A stretch of DNA of 28,750 bases from Actinomycetota bacterium (GTDB lineage Bacteria > Actinomycetota > Humimicrobiia > Humimicrobiales > Humimicrobiaceae), in contig JACIXO010000001.1 in the NCBI GenBank assembly GCA_014360385.1, positions 1-28,750 of the forward strand, read 5' to 3'. Shown in pieces: positions 19,478 to 27,415 of this stretch (position 1 is its first letter; each line of letters begins with the position of its first letter). The translations under genes were made by a program, and so were the position numbers. Under the pieces are notes generated by a model. The model was not told the origin of the DNA. It searched no databases and saw only the letters and a program-made list of their open reading frames with translations.

Positions 19478-20257
19478 TCATATAGATATTAGATTCTCAA
19501 TTTCCCTGTATTTTTTCTCACCAATTCCCTTTACATTCTTAAGCTCTTCCTTGGACTTAAAGAAACCGTGCTTATCTCGATAATCAATTATATTCTGAGC
19601 CAGTATAGAACCTATTCCTGGGAGGGATTCAAGCTCCTGCCTAGTTGCGTAATTTATATTTATAGTTCTGTTACTATTAACAAGCCCTTCCGAGCCAGAA
19701 CTGTCCCAGAGGGAAACCCCTCCCCCTTTCTTGACCTCATCGAGAGAAGGAATATAAATCTTCTGTCCATCCATCACAATAGAAGCGAGGTTTACTGCTT
19801 CCAGACATGCCTCGTCCGTGGGTCCACCTGCTAAATTAAGAACATCTATAATTCTTGAACCATCCTTTAACTCATAAACCCCGGGTGAAGAAACATAGCC
19901 ACATATATAAACTTTTATCAATAGGGTAGAGCCTTCGAACTCATCATTTTTAGATTTTTCAGCTTCTTTCGAACCCGGAGAGCAGCTAATCCCGCTCTCA
20001 TCTCTATTCTCATTTCCACTCCCATGATCTGGGTTTTCAAGGTCCGAATAAAAGCTTTTAAGAATATTTTCTCTCACTGTAATTTCTTTCTGCTGATTTA
20101 TCATCACCAAAGAAAATATCCCAAAAACTACCAGGAGAAAAACAACCATAAAAATATAGAAATGTCTTTTTCTCTCATATCTAAACCACTCTATTCTGCA
20201 TATAAGCGCCTGAATCTTTTCCTTAAGACCCAACATCTTTTTTTCTCTTATGAACAA
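19478..20257 (-). CDS. comEA: ComEA DNA-uptake protein (TM anchor, SLBB domain, HhH motifs)
   Basis: 'VYICGYVSSPGVYEL..GSRI.D.L.LAGG', 'DGQKIYIP', 'ININYAT..ELESLPGIG..LA..II.YR', 'VKGIGEK'. Alternative ATG start at 20236. Confidence 0.93.
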   Translation of the reverse strand: MFIREKKMLGLKEKIQALICRIEWFRYERKRHFYIFMVVFLLVVFGIFSLVMINQQKEITVRENILKSFYSDLENPDHGSGNENRDESGISCSPGSKEAEKSKNDEFEGSTLLIKVYICGYVSSPGVYELKDGSRIIDVLNLAGGPTDEACLEAVNLASIVMDGQKIYIPSLDEVKKGGGVSLWDSSGSEGLVNSNRTININYATRQELESLPGIGSILAQNIIDYRDKHGFFKSKEELKNVKGIGEKKYREIENLISI

Positions 20258-20319
20258 AACTTCGCAACACTATTGTGTACTAAAGCAAAGATGCTAAAGC
20301 ACAAATACATTATGGCACA

Positions 20320-20362
20320 ATTATACCAGAAAGTGTGTGAAATTCAAATATTCTGGTATAAT
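20320..20362. promoter_or_regulatory. Back-to-back extended -10 promoters (TTCTGGTATAAT on each strand) for comEA (-) and pfpI (+)
   Basis: Perfect 12-bp inverted repeat attataccagaa-N19-ttctggtataat. Each arm contains TGnTATAAT. Confidence 0.6.
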
Positions 20363-20414
20363 ATTTGGAAAGATTTTTATTTAGAGTCTATAAGAAATTA
20401 AGGAGGGATTTGTC

Positions 20415-20939
20415 ATGGCGAAGAAAGTTCTTCTTCTTGTGGAAAATGAATTCAGAGACGAAGAAGCAATCTACCCATACTATAGATTCAAAGAGGCTGG
20501 CTATGATGTAAAAATAGTTGGACCTGAAATGGGAAAAGAATATAAAGGAAAATTCGGTTTCCCAATGACATCTGATCTTTCAGCTTCTAATATATACATG
20601 GAAGATGTAGTAGCAGTGATTGTGCCAGGAGGGAATGCTCCTGACAAGATGAGAACTCACCCGAATATGGTAAATCTTGTAAAAGAAGCTTTTAACAAAT
20701 GTAAAATCGTAGCTGCCATATGTCACGGTCCACAGCTTTTGATAGAAGCAGACATAATAAGAGGCAAAAAAGTAACAGGCTATAAGGCAATAGCGACTGA
20801 CCTTAAAAATGCTGGAGGCCAGTACATAGATAAAGAAGTGGTGGTTGATGACACCATTGTGACTTCAAGAATACCAGATGACCTTCCAGCCTTCTGCGCA
20901 CAAACAATAGAACTTATAAAGGTTTACTTTAAAGAGTAG
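20415..20939 (+). CDS. DJ-1/PfpI family type 1 glutamine-amidotransferase-like protein (glyoxalase/deglycase/protease)
   Basis: 174 aa. 'FRDEE..YP', 'IVPGG.APD.MR', nucleophile elbow 'AICHGPQLL', 'VTSRIPDDLPAF'. AGGAGG SD. Confidence 0.93.
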   Translation: MAKKVLLLVENEFRDEEAIYPYYRFKEAGYDVKIVGPEMGKEYKGKFGFPMTSDLSASNIYMEDVVAVIVPGGNAPDKMRTHPNMVNLVKEAFNKCKIVAAICHGPQLLIEADIIRGKKVTGYKAIATDLKNAGGQYIDKEVVVDDTIVTSRIPDDLPAFCAQTIELIKVYFKE

Positions 20940-20947
20940 CTTTCACC

Positions 20948-21014
20948 AGTTTAGTTCTAGAACAAGTTTAGCTCTAGAACCATATACAAATAAGGTGATG
21001 CAAACAAGGTGATA
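20948..21014. repeat. Two adjacent imperfect tandem duplications (17-bp and 14-bp units)
   Basis: agtttagttctagaac/agtttagctctagaac and caaataaggtgatg/caaacaaggtgata. Confidence 0.75.
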
Positions 21015-21016
21015 AT

Positions 21017-21053
21017 AAAATTTCGCCACCATTCTATTTGGTGGCGAATTTTT
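21017..21053. terminator. Bidirectional intrinsic terminator between convergent pfpI and leuS
   Basis: aaaat-ttcgccacc-attctattt-ggtggcgaa-ttttt: 9-bp GC-rich stem with T-tracts on both strands. Confidence 0.8.
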
Positions 21054-21153
21054 ATAATCACCATAATAATTACTATAAACAGTATAGAGTATAAAGTACA
21101 GGATTAATTTTATTCTGATCTGTTCGTAAGTTAGGCTTTAGACCTTACTGATT

Positions 21154-23715
21154 TTACTTAATAACAATATTTACAAGCTTATTGGGCACTACTATCTTTT
21201 TTACTATTTCCCTGCTGCCTATAAACTTTCTTACCTTCTCTGAGTTAAGTGCTTCTTTTTCCATTTCTTCAGGAGGCATATCAACAGGAAGGTCTTTTTT
21301 ATCACGAAGTTTTCCGTTTACCTGGAAAATGATAGTCACAAGCTCCTCTTTTGCTACCTCTTCGTCGTACGTGGGCCATGAAACTCTATGAATGCTATCC
21401 TGTTTGCCCATCCTTGACCAGAGCTCTTCAGTAATGAACGGAACAATTGGTGATAACAAAACAAGAAGTTTCTCAGTTGACTCTTTTATTAAAAGAACGT
21501 TTTTCTTATCATCACTTACAGTATCATTATACTTATACATTAGATTTACAAGTTCCATAATCGCACTTATAGCAGTATTAAAGCTAAATCTATCTAAAAC
21601 GTCCTGGGTTACTTTTTTGATGGTCTGGTGAAGTTTTCTATAAAGTTCTTTTTCAAGCTTGCCAAGTTCTCCATTCATAAACTGGTTTTTACAATCCAAA
21701 ACTACACTTGTAGACTTGCATTTTTCTTCAATAGAATTTTTCTGAAGAAATTTAATATTCGCAACCACCAGCCTCCACAGCCTACCAAGAAATCTATAAG
21801 CTCCTTCAACCCCACTATCACTCCAGTCAACTATAGAATCAGCAGGACCTATGAACAGTATATAAAGCCTTAACGTATCTGCTCCATACTTGTTATAAAT
21901 TTGAGAAGGATTCACTATATTCCCCTTAGACTTGGACATTTTCTGCCCACCAAGATTTACTACTCCATGAGGAAAATACTTGATAAACGGCTCCTTAAAA
22001 TTTACAAGCCCCGCATCATACAACACTTTAGTGAAAAATCTGGCATATATAAGGTGCATGGTTGCGTGTTCTATGCCACCAATGTACTGGTCTACTGGCA
22101 TCCAGTAGTCTACTTCAGACCTCTCAAAAGGAGCTTTCTCATAATGAGGGCTACAGTACCTCAAGAAATACCAGGAGGAGCAAACAAATGTATCCATCGT
22201 ATCAGTTTCTCTTTTTGCTTTTTGCCCACACTCAGGACATATAGTATTTACAAACTCCTCGCTATAAGAAAGAGGAGACATACCTGTAGGCCTGAAATCC
22301 ACGTTGTAAGGGAGAAGGACTGGCAAATCTTTTTCTGGCACAGGAACTGTTCCACAGTTATCACAATAAATAATAGGGATAGGTGCTCCCCAGTATCTTT
22401 GTCTGGAAATAAGCCAATCTTTTAGTTTGTAATTTATAGTAAATTTTCCTAAATTATTTTCCTCCAGATAAGAAACTATTTTTTTTCTCCCCTCTACAGA
22501 GTTAATCCCATTAAAAATACCGGAATTTATCATTATCCCTTCATCCACATAAGCCTTTGCAAGTTTTTCATGTTCCTTTCCGTCAGGGGAAATAACCTCT
22601 CTTACAGGAATATTGTATTTTTGAGCAAATTCGAAGTCTCTTTCATCGTGTGCAGGGACAGCCATTATTGCACCTGTCCCATATTCCAGCAAGACATAAT
22701 TTGCAATCCAGACAGGAACCTTTTCACCATTTAATGGATTAATAACGTACCTTCCTGTAAAGCACCCGATCTTTTCTACCTCAGTAGAACTTCTCTCTAT
22801 ATCACTTTGTTTTAGAATTATTTCCTTGACTCTCTCAACTTCTTTGCGATAATCACTATCTTTTACAATTTCGTCTACAAGTGGGTGTTCAGGGGCAATA
22901 ATGAAGAAAGTAACTCCATACAGGGTATCAGGCCTGGTCGTAAAGATAGGAATAACAATATCTTTACTATCATCCAAAAGTCTGAAGTTAACAATGGCTC
23001 CCTCACTTCTCCCTATCCAGTTTCTCTGTATGGTGAGTACTCTTTCAGGCCATCCTCCCTCTAGAAGTTTCATATCATCCAGGAGCCTCTGGGCGTATTC
23101 AGTAATCTTAAAAAACCACTGAGCAAGAACCTTCTTGGTTACCTCACTGTCACAGCGCTCACACCTTCCTGAAATAACCTGCTCATTAGCCAGAACTGTC
23201 TGGCAGGAGTTACACCAGTTAACTTTCGCCCTCTTTTTCTCGGCAAGCCCCATTTTATAAAAAAGCAAGAAAAACCACTGAGTCCATTTATAATAATCCG
23301 GCTCACACGTGATAATCTCATCAGCAAACTCATAGCTCATGCCCATTCTCTTAAGAGCTTTTCGCATCTTATTTATATTTGCCATTGTGCTGTCTTTGGG
23401 ATGAATTCCACTCTTGATAGCCGCATTCTCTGCAGGAAGACCAAAAGCGTCGTAGCCAATTGGATGAAGAACATTATAGCCCTTTCTTGCAAGAACTCTT
23501 GCAACTACATCACCAATAGTGTAATTTCGAGCATGGCCCATGTGAGGCTCACCGGAAGGATATGGAAACATTTCTAAAACATAATATTTGGGCTTACTTC
23601 TGTCAGATTTCAAGGAATATACTCCAGTTTTCTCCCATACCCTGGCCCACTTCTCTTCTATCTCTTTGGCATTGTAGCTTTCATCTGATTGAAACTCTTC
23701 TTTTTTCCTTTCCAT
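21154..23715 (-). CDS. leuS: Leucine--tRNA ligase
   Basis: 'YVLEMFPYPSG.PHMGH' (HIGH), 'TVLANEQV', CP1 editing 'FTTRPDTLYG', 'GTGAIMAVPAHDERD', 'WLISRQRYWG', 'KMSKSKG'. Start is uncertain (ATG 23715 or 23724, or TTG 23778). A 13-bp out-of-frame duplication at 23755-23780 favours a downstream ATG. Confidence 0.97.
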   Translation of the reverse strand: MERKKEEFQSDESYNAKEIEEKWARVWEKTGVYSLKSDRSKPKYYVLEMFPYPSGEPHMGHARNYTIGDVVARVLARKGYNVLHPIGYDAFGLPAENAAIKSGIHPKDSTMANINKMRKALKRMGMSYEFADEIITCEPDYYKWTQWFFLLFYKMGLAEKKRAKVNWCNSCQTVLANEQVISGRCERCDSEVTKKVLAQWFFKITEYAQRLLDDMKLLEGGWPERVLTIQRNWIGRSEGAIVNFRLLDDSKDIVIPIFTTRPDTLYGVTFFIIAPEHPLVDEIVKDSDYRKEVERVKEIILKQSDIERSSTEVEKIGCFTGRYVINPLNGEKVPVWIANYVLLEYGTGAIMAVPAHDERDFEFAQKYNIPVREVISPDGKEHEKLAKAYVDEGIMINSGIFNGINSVEGRKKIVSYLEENNLGKFTINYKLKDWLISRQRYWGAPIPIIYCDNCGTVPVPEKDLPVLLPYNVDFRPTGMSPLSYSEEFVNTICPECGQKAKRETDTMDTFVCSSWYFLRYCSPHYEKAPFERSEVDYWMPVDQYIGGIEHATMHLIYARFFTKVLYDAGLVNFKEPFIKYFPHGVVNLGGQKMSKSKGNIVNPSQIYNKYGADTLRLYILFIGPADSIVDWSDSGVEGAYRFLGRLWRLVVANIKFLQKNSIEEKCKSTSVVLDCKNQFMNGELGKLEKELYRKLHQTIKKVTQDVLDRFSFNTAISAIMELVNLMYKYNDTVSDDKKNVLLIKESTEKLLVLLSPIVPFITEELWSRMGKQDSIHRVSWPTYDEEVAKEELVTIIFQVNGKLRDKKDLPVDMPPEEMEKEALNSEKVRKFIGSREIVKKIVVPNKLVNIVIK

Positions 23716-23754
23716 CCTATCCATTCTCCACCCGTTCCGTTTTCTTTGTCTAAT

Positions 23755-23857
23755 TGAAGTTTCAAACTGAAGTTTCAAACCTTTCCTACTCCCACTCTAT
23801 TACTCTCACTCCTACCCTATTACTCTCAATCTCACTCTATTACTCCCACTCTATTAC
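23755..23857. repeat. 13-bp duplication (tgaagtttcaaac x2) plus about 3.5 copies of a 20-bp unit derived from the rsfS 3' end
   Basis: cccactctattactctcact / cctaccctattactctcaat / ctcactctattactcccact / ctattac. Confidence 0.85.
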
Positions 23858-24184
23858 ATCTGAATCTCTCCAGAGCCTTTCAAGATCGTAATAATCCCTG
23901 TATTCATCAGTAAAGATATGGATCACAAAATCATCGTAATCCAACAAAACCCAGTTCCCTTCACTCTGACCACTAACATTTATAGGAAGTAGATTAGCCT
24001 CCTTCAAATTTTTCCTTATTTCTTCTTCGAGGGTCCTCGTAAGTCGGGTATTTTTTGCGCTCAAAATTATAAAATAATCAGTAATTACCAATCTTTTACC
24101 AACATCCAGAATCTTAATGTAGCTTGCCTTCTTTTTATCAGCAAGCCTGGCAATAAACTTTACTATATCTATAGATTTTTTCAT
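23840..24184 (-). CDS. rsfS: Ribosome silencing factor RsfS (Iojap)
   Basis: 'DKKKA..I.ILDV', 'TDYFII.S', 'WVLLDYDDFVIHIF...YRDYYDLERLW.D'. May start at an in-frame ATA at 24217 (see findings). Confidence 0.94.
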   Translation of the reverse strand: MKKSIDIVKFIARLADKKKASYIKILDVGKRLVITDYFIILSAKNTRLTRTLEEEIRKNLKEANLLPINVSGQSEGNWVLLDYDDFVIHIFTDEYRDYYDLERLWRDSDVIEWE

Positions 24185-24190
24185 ATTCTT

Positions 24191-24210
24191 AAGATTTAGA
24201 TCTAAATCTT
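24191..24210. other. Perfect 20-bp palindrome aagatttagatctaaatctt just upstream of the rsfS ATG
   Basis: The sequence equals its own reverse complement. Confidence 0.8.
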
Positions 24211-24346
24211 TGTTTATTTTCTTGCTCCTCCTTTCTGGTAATAAGTTTATACCTTAATATAATCTATTAACTTAATAATCCAGTAACTTAATAGTCTTCA
24301 TAAAATCTGGAAAATTCTTACAGTGTCTTTATAATTCCCTCTGACC

Positions 24347-26104
24347 TTATTTATTTGTATAGTCTTTTCCAACAATTATACTTATGTCCACATTGTCAGG
24401 GTTTTCTTGCGAACTCTTTACAACTCCAACTCCTAAAAGCTCTTTTATCTGATTAGCAAGCTGGGAAACATTTTCATCCTGAGTAAAAACTATTATCTCT
24501 GTAGTAGTATAATTCCAGTTATCTGCATTTTTTGTTTCCACTACCTTTAAAACCTCTGTATCTTTATTAAAGTGATCTTCAATTATCTTCTGTACTGTTT
24601 TTGCAAGACCGGTAGTTCCTTCACCATTCAAGATATTTATCTTTACAACCTCACTGGCTACTTCTTCCTTCTGTTCCCCCTGCGACTCCAGAGAGGCAAG
24701 CGATGCCTCGTAATTATAATCTTGCCCCAGAATTATAACAATGTCAGCTCCACTTTGGACTTCTCCTGTAGTTATGCTTCCTACCCTCAATATACTTTTC
24801 ACTTGTTCTGCAGCTTTCATCAAGCTACTTTCAGAAGAGCTCACAACAATCTTTGTAGTGGCATAATCAAAGTTATCTGCGTTTCTAACATCCACTATAT
24901 TAAACTTGACGGTCCCATCATCATATTTCAAGCCACTAAAAAGTTCAGAGACTTTCTTGGCTATTCCCTGGACTCCCATCCCATTCAAGATTACAAGATT
25001 TACAGGTTCTACCTTTTCCGCTATTCCCTCCTGAGGAACAGACTCCCCAAAAATTTCAGACACCATTGAAACATCAGGAACATAAAAGAGCTCTCCTTCT
25101 AACTCGACAGGGGTTACACTTAAAACATAAACCTTGCTATTCTCCGGCTTTAGTTCAGCAAAGGTGGAAATTACCTTTGGCAACTCGTCTTCCACTCCAA
25201 GGTTAGTATCAATGTAATCTTTAATAAGCTTAAGGTTGGACGCCAGAACATCCTGATTTTCGCCTGAAATTTTCTTTATCAAGTTCTCAATTACTGTTTT
25301 CTGTTTTTTCATATTTTCTGTAGAAGTCTCGCTTCCAAGATTACCAAAATACTCGAGAATACCACTCGTGGTAATGCCATCTATCGTGTTTTCTCCACTT
25401 CCAAGCTCCAGTTTTGAACCATCTTCTCTTTCTACACTTATTGCCTCATCAATGTACAAATCCAGTCCACCCAGTTTATCCACAGTATTTACTACATCAA
25501 AAAGTAAATAATGGTCTATCTCTATGCCAAGACCATTTTCTAAAGTGAGGCTTAGCAAATCCATTCCCCCATAACTTACAGATTTATCTATGCTCTCAAG
25601 TCCAAATCCAGGAATTTCCATCAATGTCTTTATTGGAACACATAAACATACAAGTTCATCTCTGGTACTGTTGTAACGAGACACCATGATCGAATTTATT
25701 TTAGGCTCCAAAAGATTTCCGCTTGCACCTGCAATAACCACACTTATATCCTGATCCAGCTCCAGAGTCTCAGGTATTTTTATACCCTCTTCTTCCGTGG
25801 TAGCCACTTCTTCGGGAGCTTGTCTATCCTTAAAGTATTTGTTATATACCCACACTCCACCCCATGCAATCGAAGCTAGAATCAGAAGCACAAAAAACGT
25901 GGAAAACACCCTTTTTATTCTTCTTCGCCTTTGTCTTATCCTCCTTGTCCTGTAACCAGAGCCAGAATACCTGCTATCACTGTTGTCCTCGAATTCAAAA
26001 TCTTCATCACTAAAAAAACTACTCTCTTCATCAAAATCCTCTTCCTCTTTCATGTCTTCTTCTTCCACATTTTCATCATCATAATCCTTATTTTTTGGAG
26101 ACAT
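24347..26104 (-). CDS. LytR-CpsA-Psr (LCP) family membrane protein, catalytically degenerate, with two C-terminal LytR_C domains
   Basis: Acidic N-tail, Arg-rich patch, one TM, LCP fold remnants ('IPGFG', 'YGG.DLL..TLENGLGIEIDHY', 'VDKLGG'). Two 'ILNG.G..G.A...NADN..Y.TT.I...DI..I.G.DY' repeats. Confidence 0.85.
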   Translation of the reverse strand: MSPKNKDYDDENVEEEDMKEEEDFDEESSFFSDEDFEFEDNSDSRYSGSGYRTRRIRQRRRRIKRVFSTFFVLLILASIAWGGVWVYNKYFKDRQAPEEVATTEEEGIKIPETLELDQDISVVIAGASGNLLEPKINSIMVSRYNSTRDELVCLCVPIKTLMEIPGFGLESIDKSVSYGGMDLLSLTLENGLGIEIDHYLLFDVVNTVDKLGGLDLYIDEAISVEREDGSKLELGSGENTIDGITTSGILEYFGNLGSETSTENMKKQKTVIENLIKKISGENQDVLASNLKLIKDYIDTNLGVEDELPKVISTFAELKPENSKVYVLSVTPVELEGELFYVPDVSMVSEIFGESVPQEGIAEKVEPVNLVILNGMGVQGIAKKVSELFSGLKYDDGTVKFNIVDVRNADNFDYATTKIVVSSSESSLMKAAEQVKSILRVGSITTGEVQSGADIVIILGQDYNYEASLASLESQGEQKEEVASEVVKINILNGEGTTGLAKTVQKIIEDHFNKDTEVLKVVETKNADNWNYTTTEIIVFTQDENVSQLANQIKELLGVGVVKSSQENPDNVDISIIVGKDYTNK

Positions 26105-26726
26105 TTATAACACCCCCACAAATATTATTCCAAATCTTACTCGTATCGGGATGTAGTAGCTTATTTTCCTTTATAACATAAATTATGGTATTTTTGTAAA
26201 CTTCAGCCAAACAAAGATTTATGTCCTTCAGAGAGAGTTTTCTCAATCTCTCAACCCCCTCATAATCTCTTGTTTCCTCTATTTTATCAGATATAAATAG
26301 AATTTTATCCTCAATACTCATATTGCAATAACCAATGGTATGATACTTAATAGCTTTTAGAATTCTCTTATCCTGTATCCCGAAGTCCCTTGCAACCAGA
26401 AAATCACCAACTAACCCATGAAGAAGAGGAGGTAATTTAAGCTCAAACTCCCTGATTTTTAAATGATTGTTTCTGGCTACTTCTATTAGCTCCTCGTAAC
26501 CAAACATTCTACCATAGTCATGAAGAAGACAGGATACATATAGCCTGTAGTGAGCTTTTTTATTCCTATCATCTATGTATAATAAAGAAAGCTTTTTAGA
26601 ATAATTCAAAGTTCCTATAGTATGGTAATAAAGTTCAGGAGACATCGAAGTCTTAAGTTTCTCAGCAAGAGAAAAAATATAGTTTTTCTGCTCATTACAT
26701 AGATTTAAATCATCTATAAAGTCCAT
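26088..26726 (-). CDS. yqeK: YqeK-like HD-domain symmetrical bis(5'-nucleosyl)-tetraphosphatase (Ap4A hydrolase)
   Basis: 212 aa. 'YYHTIG', 'LLHDYGR', 'LLHG', 'AIKYHTIG', 'FISDKIE..R.Y.G'. Immediately after nadD. Confidence 0.88.
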   Translation of the reverse strand: MDFIDDLNLCNEQKNYIFSLAEKLKTSMSPELYYHTIGTLNYSKKLSLLYIDDRNKKAHYRLYVSCLLHDYGRMFGYEELIEVARNNHLKIREFELKLPPLLHGLVGDFLVARDFGIQDKRILKAIKYHTIGYCNMSIEDKILFISDKIEETRDYEGVERLRKLSLKDINLCLAEVYKNTIIYVIKENKLLHPDTSKIWNNICGGVINVSKK

Positions 26727-27333
26727 TTTTCAAAATAAATTTACAAACACCCTCAGGAAGAAGATAATCTATTGGTCTTTGTTGTTTGATTCTTGCTCTT
26801 ATGTCGGTAGATGAAATAGCAAGTGCAGGAACTTCCATCACGAATATCTTATCTTCTGTATCCAGAATCTTCTTCTTCAAACTTTCCAGTCTGCTTAAAT
26901 CATACCCTGGCCTTGTAGCTGCAATAAACTTACAGAGTGTGAGTATCTCAGCTGTGTCTTTCCAGGTAAGTATCTCCAGTATTGCATCAGCTCCAGTAAT
27001 AAAGTAAAGAGATACGTCCTCGGTATATATTTTCCTGAGTTCCCTAAGAGTGTCTATGGTATAGGATTTTCCTTTTCTGTCTATTTCTATCCTTGATACA
27101 AAAAACTTGCTATTTGAAGCAGTGGCTATAACAGTCATAAGATACCTGTGCTCAGCGCTTGCTATCTCTTCATCTGTTTTATGAGGTGGGTCACCAGTGG
27201 GGATAAATATAACCTTGTCCAGATTGAACTGGCTCAAGGCCTCCTGGGCAGTAACCAGATGGCCGTAATGTATCGGATTAAAAGTCCCTCCCATTATTCC
27301 AATTTTCTGCAGGGATTTTCTGGATTTTTCTAT
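26710..27333 (-). CDS. nadD: Nicotinate-nucleotide adenylyltransferase
   Basis: 'KIGIMGGTFNPIHYGHL', 'PPHK', 'SYTIDTL', 'FITGADA', 'ISSTDIR'. The only canonical start (ATG 27294) cuts the first beta-strand, so the start is placed at an in-frame ATA at 27333. Confidence 0.95.
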   Translation of the reverse strand: MEKSRKSLQKIGIMGGTFNPIHYGHLVTAQEALSQFNLDKVIFIPTGDPPHKTDEEIASAEHRYLMTVIATASNSKFFVSRIEIDRKGKSYTIDTLRELRKIYTEDVSLYFITGADAILEILTWKDTAEILTLCKFIAATRPGYDLSRLESLKKKILDTEDKIFVMEVPALAISSTDIRARIKQQRPIDYLLPEGVCKFILKNGLYR

Positions 27334-27345
27334 TTTGTCTTAAAA

Positions 27346-27351
27346 CCTCCT
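27346..27351 (-). promoter_or_regulatory. Strong Shine-Dalgarno (AGGAGG) for nadD
   Basis: cctcct on the plus strand. An in-frame TAA follows it directly, then an open frame into nadD. Confidence 0.75.
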
Positions 27352-27415
27352 CTTAGGTATGGTGTCGAAGATCTGGCAGTAAGAAAAGCTAAATTGCTTT
27401 ATATTTTTGCATGAG

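Noticed and set aside
23725-23839. T-box leader for leuS
   Set aside because: The spacer is far too short and has no T-box (AAUUAGGGUGGUACC-like) antiterminator.
23791-23857. CRISPR array
   Set aside because: The 20-bp units are directly adjacent with no unique spacers, and there are no cas genes.
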